Shown here: one piece after another, positions 17,593 to 27,218 of the stretch
How positions within the stretch are numbered: the first letter of the stretch is position 1
Layout: each line of letters begins with the position of its first letter
From: a virus
Taxonomy: Duplodnaviria; Caudoviricetes
Length of the DNA stretch: 42,256 nucleotides
Virus record (IMG/VR): IMGVR_UViG_3300033565_000087
Location: 1 to 42,256 of that record
Direction: 5' to 3' (one strand)
The notes under the pieces: generated by a model
Databases searched by the model: none
Told to the model about the DNA's origin: nothing
The model's input: only the letters and a program-made list of their open reading frames with translations
Translations under genes and position numbers: made by a program

Positions 17593-18621
17593 TTATTTAA
17601 AGTGTTTCAAACTATCTATAGTGTATTCCAGTTGTGTGGATGAAGTAATCGCCATTGAGAAGCAACCGTTTTCAACGACTTCTTTGTAGTTAGCAATATT
17701 TAGTCTTCTAGACATTCCATCAATAATTCCTTTTTCAAGATTATAGAGTCTCAAGTTATCGAATGTCCATTTGCTTATGTTACTTTTCCAGCCCATTGTT
17801 AACGATAATAATTCTATAAACTCTTTAACTCTTTTCACCTCAATATTGTGAATGTCATAGTTGCCAGATTTTTTAGCGACAATATTTACTGGACTTCCAG
17901 ATCCATTTGAAATAATCAGTTTATCACCTGATCGTCTTGTTGCTCTTTCAATATACTCCTGTCGTTCAAAATTAAAGGTACCTTGTGAGTTTATGCTATC
18001 TCTTTTCCTAAGAAATAAATTAATATCTTCCATTATTTCCAAAAAAGATTTTTTTCCACAAAACACAGGGAACAAAATCGATTTAGGGTTCTGTATATCC
18101 ATCCACTCAAACCATTCCAAGCAATTTTCGGTGTATCCAAATAGTACCGTCCAAACGCCATCAGAAAACAATAGAGGCACTATAGCATCGTCGCCTATAA
18201 CAATATCTACTGTTTCACTCAAAAGAGATAGCAAAAAGTGTATTGTAGCAAACGGATATTTCTGTTGAAAATTGCTGTTTTTGTCGAAACCTCGCAAATT
18301 ATTAAGTTGTATACAATTTCTATAATTCGACCAATTCGAAGGCAAATTGTTTTTATTAAGTGAAACCATATGGTGACCAACACTACGAAAATCTTTATGA
18401 TAAACATCCATATCTAGAAAAACACAGTCTCGAGGGTTGACCCCATCCTTGACTAACATTATTTTGCCATCATAATAACCAACGACCTCTGCATCTAGAT
18501 AGTTCAAATAGAGTAATGCACTTAACAACCCATCACTATCAGGACTAATAATAAGTTTTAATCCTTTTTGTACTACCCAAGGAAACTTTTTTATGATTTC
18601 CTTAGAATTCATCTTTTCCAT
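17593..18621 (-). CDS. Hypothetical protein, DHH-phosphoesterase-like
   Basis: ISPDSDG (DxDG), VFLD, VGHH, FSDG in DHH motif order; start after AGGGGG RBS. Confidence 0.55.
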   Translation of the reverse strand: MEKMNSKEIIKKFPWVVQKGLKLIISPDSDGLLSALLYLNYLDAEVVGYYDGKIMLVKDGVNPRDCVFLDMDVYHKDFRSVGHHMVSLNKNNLPSNWSNYRNCIQLNNLRGFDKNSNFQQKYPFATIHFLLSLLSETVDIVIGDDAIVPLLFSDGVWTVLFGYTENCLEWFEWMDIQNPKSILFPVFCGKKSFLEIMEDINLFLRKRDSINSQGTFNFERQEYIERATRRSGDKLIISNGSGSPVNIVAKKSGNYDIHNIEVKRVKEFIELLSLTMGWKSNISKWTFDNLRLYNLEKGIIDGMSRRLNIANYKEVVENGCFSMAITSSTQLEYTIDSLKHFK

Positions 18622-18705
18622 AATATAACCCCCTTTTTGTTTATGATAACTCATTTTCATGTTATCTACAACCTTAAATAATACCACTCAACACAAAAGA
18701 GACTA

Positions 18706-18984
18706 TCAATATGTCTTTTCGATTGAATCCAATCTTTTATGAGCTGCTTTCGCAGATTCTTCTACTCTTCCAATCCTTTCGTTGAGAGAATTATGTTTTT
18801 CTTCGAGTTCATCATGATCCTTTCGTAGTCCAATCGCCATATCAAGTTTCGCATTCACCATCCCCTTCCACTCCGCATCTTCACTAATCTTGCTATCTCT
18901 CGAATTAAGCCATCCTGCTAGTCCAACAAAGCAACCAGCGATCGCTATAAGGACCGATAAACTAAATGTGGTATCTGGAGACAT
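18706..18984 (-). CDS. Holin-like/XhlA-like membrane protein
   Basis: One N-terminal TM helix plus coiled coil, adjacent to endolysin. Confidence 0.6.
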   Translation of the reverse strand: MSPDTTFSLSVLIAIAGCFVGLAGWLNSRDSKISEDAEWKGMVNAKLDMAIGLRKDHDELEEKHNSLNERIGRVEESAKAAHKRLDSIEKTY

Positions 18985-18985
18985 G

Positions 18986-19774
18986 CTACTCCTTTTTCAC
19001 TGAGTTCGTTTTGAAGAACGCGGTAATAAACGGGTTTCCTTTTTCACCAATTGGTGCAGAGAGATTTGTTGAACAACCATAGGGATGGTTTACTTTCGGG
19101 ATGATCCGGATCACCTTCATCTTGCGATTGAAGTATTGGGCAGTAGAACGACCAGTACCCAGGCTTGATGATCGGCCGACCCCTGTAACTCTTACGATGT
19201 CTCCTACTTTAATTTCAGCCGGATCTGCTTTGGGAGTTAGAGTAATGTACTCGATATAACTGTACTTACCCCAAAACGCCCATTTGCGGATCGTGTCATT
19301 ACTTTGAGTTACTCCCCACCTTTTCCATGATGGGGTGGACTCAATGTATTGCCGGTTTCCTTTGTTATCCTTGCCGATATAGATCCCGACATGGCCTAGG
19401 TCTTGCGTGAAAACAAGCACGCCTGGAAGGTCTGGGATTGTCTCCAACGGACCTTTTTCAGTAGCATGATTATACATCCCGGACACGTTCTGATCCGATC
19501 CCTTTGGATCGTTGTATCTGACTTGCCCTGGTGCATCTTCCCAAAGATACCCCTTCACTAATCCACAGCAGTCATAACAGTACTTCCCGATCCCAGTCTG
19601 AATGATGGCTTGGTTTTTGATGGTGTGGGGGCACTTCATGATATTAACCCGCTTATCAATATTGGCTTGAGTCAATACACGGCCAAAGCCGCTCAGCATA
19701 TAGATGGTCGGAAGCGTGAGCTTGGATTTCGCGTATTCGACTAAGCCCAGATTCGTTTTAGTCATGGTGTTCAT
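18986..19774 (-). CDS. Endolysin (NlpC/P60-CHAP-type peptidase + SH3-like domain)
   Basis: YDCCGLV, GHVGIY, YIES; C-terminal IKVGDIVRV. Confidence 0.8.
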   Translation of the reverse strand: MNTMTKTNLGLVEYAKSKLTLPTIYMLSGFGRVLTQANIDKRVNIMKCPHTIKNQAIIQTGIGKYCYDCCGLVKGYLWEDAPGQVRYNDPKGSDQNVSGMYNHATEKGPLETIPDLPGVLVFTQDLGHVGIYIGKDNKGNRQYIESTPSWKRWGVTQSNDTIRKWAFWGKYSYIEYITLTPKADPAEIKVGDIVRVTGVGRSSSLGTGRSTAQYFNRKMKVIRIIPKVNHPYGCSTNLSAPIGEKGNPFITAFFKTNSVKKE

Positions 19775-19859
19775 CCTTTTCCTGTGCTTCTAGAAAAGCC
19801 AGTTCTTTTTCAAGATCCAATTCTTCAACTTCTTCGATGATCGGTTGTTCTTTTTTCAT
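19758..19859 (-). CDS. 33-aa acidic mini-ORF
   Basis: MKKEQPIIEEVEELDLEKELAFLEAQEKDEHHD fills the gap and overlaps the endolysin start. Confidence 0.45.
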   Translation of the reverse strand: MKKEQPIIEEVEELDLEKELAFLEAQEKDEHHD

Positions 19860-19861
19860 GT

Positions 19862-20494
19862 TTAATTGCTTTCTTTCCAGGATGATCCATCCCATGTTTT
19901 AACGACTTCTTCGACCCAAGATGTTCCATTCCAAACTTTGAGGGGTTTCTCAACTTCTGAAGATCCGTTCCAAACTTTCACTCTTCCACCGACTTTATAG
20001 GTGACTTCAACCCATAGCGCTTCGCTAACGAAGGTATTGTTGTAGGTGAAGGTATTTGTCGGGGTACTCTGAGAAGTATCGTTGGTGTCGATATTCTGGC
20101 CTGATTGAGAGGTTCTTTTCCCAAAGTACAAAGCTCGATTTCCTTGATTAGAGACTTTCCCATAGCCGATCCATAGTAGGGTTCCTCCTGCGATTTCAGT
20201 TTCCGGAAAGGTGAACGTATAGGCGACTAACGCTGCGGCTGTGGTATAGGTGTTGTTTGGTGAGATCGAAGTGGTTGATTGAACAATCTTGGTCCCAGTG
20301 GATCGATTCCAGATCACTCCCCAAACAATGGGGGTATCGGTATCCGAGTATCTGGCCAAACGTAGTTTGATGCTGATGACTTTACCAGTCTCTGGCATCG
20401 TTGTTCGAAAGCCAAGATTGGCATAATAAGGAACTCCACCCCAGTAGGCAGAATTAGGTTCAAGTGCGGTATATCCAAAGGTTTTAGTTGCCAT
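19862..20494 (-). CDS. Tail-associated putative adhesin
   Basis: Beta-rich domain plus three C-terminal (V/L)K(V/T)W(N/D)G repeats. Confidence 0.55.
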   Translation of the reverse strand: MATKTFGYTALEPNSAYWGGVPYYANLGFRTTMPETGKVISIKLRLARYSDTDTPIVWGVIWNRSTGTKIVQSTTSISPNNTYTTAAALVAYTFTFPETEIAGGTLLWIGYGKVSNQGNRALYFGKRTSQSGQNIDTNDTSQSTPTNTFTYNNTFVSEALWVEVTYKVGGRVKVWNGSSEVEKPLKVWNGTSWVEEVVKTWDGSSWKESN

Positions 20495-20501
20495 GGATCA
20501 C

Positions 20502-21587
20502 CTAATTGGTATCAACCCAAACATCACCAATCATAGGCGAAGCTGGTGCAGTGGTGCCAACAGTCACTTTCTTTCCCCCAACCTTTAAAGAATCCGCAGC
20601 TTGAGCGGTTATTCCAAGTTTGTCATTGAGTTGAGTTTGGATGGCTGAAGTGACCCCAACCAGGTATCCTAGCTCAGTGGTTGTGGCTGAACTGGCTGCC
20701 AGTTTCCCACTGCCATCACTAACCGCAACTTTGTTGGTGCTCAGGTTTGATGAAACGATACTGGAAGCCGCCCCGGTGATTGAGGCTTGTTTCCCATTGA
20801 GTTGGGCTTGAATGGCGGAAGTCACTCCCGCTAGATACCCTAGTTCGGTAGAGGTCACCACACTGACAACCAACTTGCCATTGATGTCAGAAACAATGAC
20901 TCGACTGGCTGTTGCATTACCGCTCAGCAACAAGGATATCGCCCCGGTAATCAACGCTTGTTTCGCATTCAACTGATCTTGGATAGCGCTTGATACCCCA
21001 GCCAAGCTCGCAAGCTCAGTTGAAGTAATCGAACTGACGCCCAGTTCACCATCCTGATCGGAAACCAGGACCTTTCCTGGACTTAGATAAGGGATATTGG
21101 TGATTGTGGAAGATACAAAGCCACAGGTTGATGCATCACCTCGAGTATCAGTGATATTACCTTGTGGGATCGTGATAGATCCAGCGGGAACACTGATGAG
21201 TGCCAAAGTCAGTTCAAACATTTCTGAATCACGAGTGATCGCCGGTGCCACAGGGGATGAAGCCGCCGTACCCGCTTTGCGCACGATGGACATGGTGCGA
21301 TTACTGTAATGGAGTCGGACCACCATCCGATCGATGCGGTTAAGTACAGCATCAGCAGTAAGCGTTTCAAGGTAATCTGCATCATTGATGAGGATGTATC
21401 CACTGATCCAGGCTTTCCCTGCTTTTACCTTCACTTGTAAACCGGTGGCAGCTACGATTTGTAAGCTAGTGGAAGGATCTGGGAAGACTCCGGTGCCAAT
21501 AAAGGCTGCAAAGTACTCAGCGAATTCACTGGCACTATACAGCCGATCACCGGCTACACTGTTGAAAAATCCACTGCGAATGGCCAT
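20502..21587 (-). CDS. Upper baseplate/tail fibre protein
   Basis: SGFFNS...DRLY BppU-like N-terminus, three ~57-aa repeats, TAPASPMIGDVWVD end. Confidence 0.75.
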   Translation of the reverse strand: MAIRSGFFNSVAGDRLYSASEFAEYFAAFIGTGVFPDPSTSLQIVAATGLQVKVKAGKAWISGYILINDADYLETLTADAVLNRIDRMVVRLHYSNRTMSIVRKAGTAASSPVAPAITRDSEMFELTLALISVPAGSITIPQGNITDTRGDASTCGFVSSTITNIPYLSPGKVLVSDQDGELGVSSITSTELASLAGVSSAIQDQLNAKQALITGAISLLLSGNATASRVIVSDINGKLVVSVVTSTELGYLAGVTSAIQAQLNGKQASITGAASSIVSSNLSTNKVAVSDGSGKLAASSATTTELGYLVGVTSAIQTQLNDKLGITAQAADSLKVGGKKVTVGTTAPASPMIGDVWVDTN

Positions 21588-21590
21588 AAG

Positions 21591-21971
21591 TTACTCCTTT
21601 TCGAGTTCGTCGATTTCGGAATCAGTAAACGGATGGACTTCCGGTTTTTGGTTGTTGAGTTGGTATTTGAGTTTAAAGATCGTCGCAAGCTTTTGAAGGC
21701 TTTGATACACATAAAAGCCCAATACCGCTGATAAGATCAGCACCAGTGAGTTAATAATGTCGATCACTCCTAAACCATTGACTTCAATTTGAGGTAGGAT
21801 CAAAGAAATCACATATAGACCTCCGATGGCTATGTAAACTGCCCCACCTTTATAGAGGCCGGTCAGCAACTTCCCCTTTTCTACTTCGATCTTCACTGAG
21901 GCAATCACGTACCCCAATAGGATATTAACTAGGATGGCAATCGGTAAAACAAATAATAATTTAATCAACAT
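21591..21971 (-). CDS. Holin-like protein (3 TM)
   Basis: Three hydrophobic segments and charged C-tail; start after AAGGAG. Confidence 0.6.
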   Translation of the reverse strand: MLIKLLFVLPIAILVNILLGYVIASVKIEVEKGKLLTGLYKGGAVYIAIGGLYVISLILPQIEVNGLGVIDIINSLVLILSAVLGFYVYQSLQKLATIFKLKYQLNNQKPEVHPFTDSEIDELEKE

Positions 21972-21984
21972 AATTTGCTCCTTT

Positions 21985-23850
21985 CTAAGTGAGTCGTTTA
22001 TACACATAAACCGCTAAATAAGGTGGTAAGTGTGCGGTTGAACCGGTATTCGCCGGTGTGGTGGAATCACTGGTCAATGCGGTAGCACTGGTATCAGCCG
22101 GTGTGGTTGAGTTAGTCGTCAACGAAGTAGTTCCAGTCGCTACGGGAGTCGTGGAGTTGGTAGTCAGCGACGTGTCATCTGTTTCTCCACCAAGCGCTGT
22201 AGCAGAGTAGTTTTGCGTTGTTGAAGTCGTCATTGTACCGGTACTTTTATAGGTATCCGTCCAAGCAGCGATCCCTGAGGATAATTGTCGATAATACAGA
22301 TAGCCAGATAAGCCTCGTATTAAGGCATAACCAGCTCCAAGTGTATGCGAATGAGCTGCTAAAGCATGGGTATGCGCTGCCGAGGTATGACTATGAGAAT
22401 TGATTGTATGGGTGTGCGCTGCTGAATCGTGAGTGTGGGCAGCAACAGAATGAGTATGTGCCGATGAGGTATGGGCATGACTCGCATTACCTCCTGAGGA
22501 TCCGGCTGGATAAGTTGCTCCAGCTGCCAACATAAACTTGTCTTGGATTTGCTCCCAGGTCCCGCCAAACAATGTTGCAGGATTAGTAGCAACCGTACTC
22601 AGGTATAGCGACCCTACCGGATAAATCGTCTTCCATATGTTGTTTAGTTGGGTTTGAAGAGTCGCTTGAATTGAAGCAAAACCAACGAGCTCTTGGGAAG
22701 TGATTGTACTGGTCGTTTGAAGTCCAGCGCTATCAGTGATCACCACCCTGTTAGGGGTGAGGGTAACCACTTCACTAGATTCTGATCCGGATGTGTCTTG
22801 AGTGTTTGATCGCGTGGTTCTGGCTTTTCCAAAGACAGGAATGATCGATGAGCCATTTTGGTCATAGACTTCAGTGATCTCGGTAATCCGGACATGGATC
22901 TGCTTTCCCCACTTGGTATTCTCGATGGTAACGATATCCCCTAAGTCATAATCAGTTTTGTATTTGAGGTTCCCATCTGCGATGACTTCCCCTTCAAAAT
23001 GCTCGATCTGATTGTTTAGAACCAAAGACCCTTTTTGAGCCAGGAGTTGTTCGTATTCAGCTAGGGTGAGTTCATCCTTACGTTGATCTTTGGCATTCAC
23101 AAAGACTTCTCTTCGATCAATACCACTGGCACTACCTACAATGACCAGCTTTCGATCGATCCCTTGTCCTTCTCCACCAACCAAAGCCACATTGGTTTTG
23201 TCTTCTTCGCTGATCGCATAGTTCGAACTCAGTAAGGTTTCAAAGTCAGTACTGAATAAACATCGTGGATTGACGGATTGGAGGGCTGATCGATCAAGGG
23301 CTTTGAAGGTTTCAAAGATGATCTTCTTAGTTGTTGGATCAAATCGACAACGATACCCAATCCCGCTGGTTTCTGAGAGATCCTTTAGCGTTGAGAGTAG
23401 ATTCTTGTAGGTGACCTGAAGCTTTACCGTTTCAGGATAACCATTGAGCGTTCCCAGCTGCAAAGCCGGAACGAGTCGATCAGTATTAGTCGGGGTAATC
23501 GTGGATCGAGCTACTAGGTCACGCATGGCCAACTCCACAGTTGAGTTCAAGGTGGTTTCTTCAAAGATGATCCGTCGACCTAGGAGACTGGATCCAAAGC
23601 GACCGCTGGCTTTGATGGTTTCCCCTTCTTCAGTTTGTTCGATCACGACCGTTTCGATGAACCCAAATTCTACGGCGTCACGTTTGGTCACGATGTTTTG
23701 TGTTTTGAGAAGATCAAGAGATAGGTCTGTCACTGAGGCATGGATCTCGAAGTCCCCGGATGTGGAGTAGACGCGATGCCAGATGATGTCTGAGGCGGTA
23801 TCTAGGATTCCAACCAGATCTAGTGCTGGGCTGTATATGAGCAGTTCCAT
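21985..23850 (-). CDS. Baseplate hub/Tal (ReqiPepy6 Gp37-like) fused to HxH needle domain
   Basis: Follows Dit; GGEGQG...RREVFVNA...DYDLGD; YPVGSLY...HxH x7...LPPYLAVY. Confidence 0.8.
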   Translation of the reverse strand: MELLIYSPALDLVGILDTASDIIWHRVYSTSGDFEIHASVTDLSLDLLKTQNIVTKRDAVEFGFIETVVIEQTEEGETIKASGRFGSSLLGRRIIFEETTLNSTVELAMRDLVARSTITPTNTDRLVPALQLGTLNGYPETVKLQVTYKNLLSTLKDLSETSGIGYRCRFDPTTKKIIFETFKALDRSALQSVNPRCLFSTDFETLLSSNYAISEEDKTNVALVGGEGQGIDRKLVIVGSASGIDRREVFVNAKDQRKDELTLAEYEQLLAQKGSLVLNNQIEHFEGEVIADGNLKYKTDYDLGDIVTIENTKWGKQIHVRITEITEVYDQNGSSIIPVFGKARTTRSNTQDTSGSESSEVVTLTPNRVVITDSAGLQTTSTITSQELVGFASIQATLQTQLNNIWKTIYPVGSLYLSTVATNPATLFGGTWEQIQDKFMLAAGATYPAGSSGGNASHAHTSSAHTHSVAAHTHDSAAHTHTINSHSHTSAAHTHALAAHSHTLGAGYALIRGLSGYLYYRQLSSGIAAWTDTYKSTGTMTTSTTQNYSATALGGETDDTSLTTNSTTPVATGTTSLTTNSTTPADTSATALTSDSTTPANTGSTAHLPPYLAVYVYKRLT

Positions 23851-23852
23851 GC

Positions 23853-24701
23853 TTAGGCTCCAGTGTACTTGGGTCGAAATGAGAGCTGAGTCAATAGAAA
23901 GGTTGATCCACTAGTACAGGTGACATAAAGGACGTTATCCCCTTCATCCAGCTGTAAGAAGGTGGATCCTAAAGTTAAGGTATTAAACTGGTTGGTGGTT
24001 TCTCCAGCTCGCGTGAGTTGGATTCGCTTCTGACCTACCTCGGTATTAATCACTACGACATCCCCTGCTTGTAGAGTCATCTGCAATTGGATGTACTCAA
24101 GGGTGATGGTATTGAGGATTTTCGGATTGATCACTTGGCCAATAGCTTGAAAACGTATGATCATCCCAATTTGAATATCACCGGGATTGAGGACATTGGT
24201 GGCTTCTGAAGGATGAATAATGCTCAATTCTCCACCACTTGAATATAATTCAAGTGGGAAAGAAAAGGCATTTTCGATTGACGTTACATCCACTAAGATG
24301 TCTTGCAAATCCTCGAAATAAGGCTGCGGGCATAAGAGTGAAATCAATGCTTTGATGGGCCAAACCATCGGAGGAATCTCAACGCTTTCCACGTAAGCTT
24401 CGATTTGGATACTTAGTGCTTCAGAGTTGTAGGTGAGGGTTCCTGATCGTTTAACTTTAAATATGTCATAGAGCTTTAAGCGGTTTGCTTCGATATCCCC
24501 ACTCAGCTGCAGTGTCATGAGGATGTTTCTGGCATTGACCATTGATCCATTGACTCTAGAACCATCAAAACCAGCAAGGGTGCTGGTTGAGAAAGTGGCT
24601 TTGGGAGGATTCAATCCTTGTAGTTCGATGAGTTGAAATCGAGGATCTTCACCAAGAACGAGACTTTGATTTTTGGAGTTTTTATAGGTTATCGTTTTCA
24701 T
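23853..24701 (-). CDS. Distal tail protein (Dit)
   Basis: Follows TMP; CPQPYF, FPLE, FLQLDEGDN. Confidence 0.85.
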   Translation of the reverse strand: MKTITYKNSKNQSLVLGEDPRFQLIELQGLNPPKATFSTSTLAGFDGSRVNGSMVNARNILMTLQLSGDIEANRLKLYDIFKVKRSGTLTYNSEALSIQIEAYVESVEIPPMVWPIKALISLLCPQPYFEDLQDILVDVTSIENAFSFPLELYSSGGELSIIHPSEATNVLNPGDIQIGMIIRFQAIGQVINPKILNTITLEYIQLQMTLQAGDVVVINTEVGQKRIQLTRAGETTNQFNTLTLGSTFLQLDEGDNVLYVTCTSGSTFLLTQLSFRPKYTGA

Positions 24702-24703
24702 CC

Positions 24704-26653
24704 TTATCCCTTCATCAAAGCCACTGCGAGGACTTGACTCGCGTTTTTAGTTTGACGGTAGACTTCATAAGCACTTAAGGCTTTGGGTGAACTGATGGTC
24801 TGGTTTAAGACAATGGACGGATTCAGATTGCCTTGAGCAGCCTTAGAAGATCCGGAAACATTGAAGCTGGAATTCAAAGATGTTGGGACCGCATTTTGGA
24901 TATCTTGATTGATACCACTGATCTCTTGACTAAAGCCTTGACCCAGTCCTAAAGCCATATTCTGGCCAATGCCGGCAAAGACTTTTGACGGGCTTTTTAT
25001 CCCAAGAAAGTTCTTCACCCCATCCACCATACCCCCAAAGAAATCTCCAACCTTGTCGCCAAACCAATCAGCCATTCCTGTGATGCCATCCCACACCCCT
25101 TTGACGATATTTTCACCAATGTTTGTGAACCACTCCCCTACTTTACCCAGCGTTTCCGGTAGGGTCACTTTGAAGAAGTTGACGATCTTGTCGACGGCTC
25201 CGCTGATGGTGGTGACGATGTCAGAAAAGATCTTTTTCACTGCGTTGCGAAAGCCTTCATTGGTATTCCAGAGAATCAATATCCCCGCGACCAAGGCTGC
25301 AATGAGTGTGATGATGATCCCTACCGGGTTGGCGGCCATCACGATGTTGAGGAGTGCCTGGGCTAGGGTCATTCCTTCAGTTGCCGCTTGCCATCCTTTA
25401 ACCATCGTGATCAGTCCTTGGATCATGGTGACCACGTTCCAGGCTACTAAGCCTGCAGCAATCGCTCCAATGATCGAGGTAATCAGTGGTCCGTTATCGA
25501 TCACAAAGGTAATGAAACCTTTGATGCCTTCGATGATGGCTGGCATATTGTCTTTGAGCTGAAGCACCAAATCATTGATGACGGGTGCTAGCTGTGCCAA
25601 CGCTTCATTCATCAAGCCTTTGGTGGAGGCGGTTAGGGTTTCCATGTTGTCATCAAATGCACCAAGGGCACTGACACCTTCATCACTGACCACAGCACCG
25701 ACTTGATGGGCTTCTAAGGCTAAGCGATTGAGCTCAGTGGATCCGGCTTTGATGAGTGGGTTAAGTTCAGTCGCACTTTTCCCAAAGATCTGCATGGAAA
25801 GTGCATCTCTTTCAGTTTCATTGGTGACTTTACCCAAAGCATCAATGACTTCATAAAAGACATCTTTGTTGTTTCGTAAGCTGCCATCGGTATTGGTGAT
25901 TTGAATGCCGAGATCCTTGTAGGCTTGAGCCTGGTCATTGAGTTTGCCGGTAGCCATCGCATCACGAGCACTATCCATCGTTTTAGTCATCTTGTTCATG
26001 GATCCGGTCATCGTTTCAACCGAGACATCTACAAACCTGGCCGCATAGTCCAACTCTTGGAGTTGCTGCGTTGAAATTCTGGTCTTATTGGAGAGCGTGA
26101 TGAGTTCATCAGCGAAGTTGCCTCCATCACTCATCAGCTTAAAGAGCGCTGCTCCTGCAGCTGCGGCTGCGGCTGTTAAGCCAACCAGAGCCTTCTTCCC
26201 CAGTTCATTGATCGAGGAGGTTAAGTCTTCAGTCTTCTTACGAAGCGCTTCATTTTGACGAATGGTTTCTTCAGTCTTATTGTTGAGTTTATCCAGAGCC
26301 TCTTTGGTGTCACTGAGCTCTAAGGTATTGCGATTAAGCGAGGCGGTTTCCTTGTTGATCACAACTTCCAGATCTTGTGCTGCTTTGGAGTTGGCCCCAT
26401 AAGTTTCTACGATTTGCTGATGTTGAGCTTTGAGAGCTTGAACCTTTTGCTCTTGGATGTCAGTGATAGTTGACAGTGACTTGATTTTGGCACTAAGGCC
26501 ATCGGCTTGATCTCCCCAAGAACCCATACTGGCAGCTGCCGCTTTGAATTCACTATCCGCAATCCGGATCAGACGATTGGCTTCTGTGAGTCCTGCTTTA
26601 AGATCGGTGGTATCGAGTGTCCACTTCCCACCTAAGATTTCATCATTGGGCAT
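24704..26653 (-). CDS. Tape measure protein
   Basis: Ala-rich helical, ANPVG, W/F 11-residue repeats, GIKSPSKVF. Confidence 0.9.
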   Translation of the reverse strand: MPNDEILGGKWTLDTTDLKAGLTEANRLIRIADSEFKAAAASMGSWGDQADGLSAKIKSLSTITDIQEQKVQALKAQHQQIVETYGANSKAAQDLEVVINKETASLNRNTLELSDTKEALDKLNNKTEETIRQNEALRKKTEDLTSSINELGKKALVGLTAAAAAAGAALFKLMSDGGNFADELITLSNKTRISTQQLQELDYAARFVDVSVETMTGSMNKMTKTMDSARDAMATGKLNDQAQAYKDLGIQITNTDGSLRNNKDVFYEVIDALGKVTNETERDALSMQIFGKSATELNPLIKAGSTELNRLALEAHQVGAVVSDEGVSALGAFDDNMETLTASTKGLMNEALAQLAPVINDLVLQLKDNMPAIIEGIKGFITFVIDNGPLITSIIGAIAAGLVAWNVVTMIQGLITMVKGWQAATEGMTLAQALLNIVMAANPVGIIITLIAALVAGILILWNTNEGFRNAVKKIFSDIVTTISGAVDKIVNFFKVTLPETLGKVGEWFTNIGENIVKGVWDGITGMADWFGDKVGDFFGGMVDGVKNFLGIKSPSKVFAGIGQNMALGLGQGFSQEISGINQDIQNAVPTSLNSSFNVSGSSKAAQGNLNPSIVLNQTISSPKALSAYEVYRQTKNASQVLAVALMKG

Positions 26654-26670
26654 CCATCATCACCTTCCTT

Positions 26671-27206
26671 TTAGAACCAATTCACCTGATCGGCATAGAC
26701 TTTCTTACGAACCTTATCTGTTTGAGGGTTCGATGACTTCTTTCTTCCTTTTGAAGCAAGTTTATTGATGAGTTTGATCACTTCATCTGCTTGGGCTTTT
26801 CTTAGACTCAATGGATCCAGCGAAGGAAATGCATGGCATAGATTCATCACTAAATCAAAGAGGATAACAGAGAGCGGTGAATCCTCTTGAGCTACAGAGA
26901 TTTCACCGTTTCCACGTTTTTTTCGTTATTGCCTTCAATGTTTTTGACCACACTGACAATCTGTTGGAAGCAGAGTTTGATGTCTGAGACGTCCGCTTGT
27001 CTTAAGAGATCTTTGGTCAGTTTTGGAAAGACCAACTGGATGAATTGACCCATCGCTCCGATGGCTTCTTTCTCAGATTTCCCTTGAAGTTTTTCCGAGA
27101 GTTCAACCACGTCCTCGATGATGCCCCAGCGGATCCGGTTGGTGCTAAATTCAGCAACAACAGCATCCTGGTCATCGTAAATGACTAAACTAATGGTGGA
27201 TTGCAT
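26671..27206 (-). CDS. Tail assembly chaperone gpG (26892..27206) and -1 frameshift extension gpGT
   Basis: A AAA AAC at 26922..26916; -1 frame open for 81 codons to TAA at 26673..26671. Confidence 0.8.
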
Positions 27207-27218
27207 TTAGTTTCAACC

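Noticed and set aside
19862-23850. Diversity-generating retroelement or invertible tail-fibre shufflon
   Set aside because: No reverse transcriptase, no TR/VR pair and no inverted tail cassettes seen
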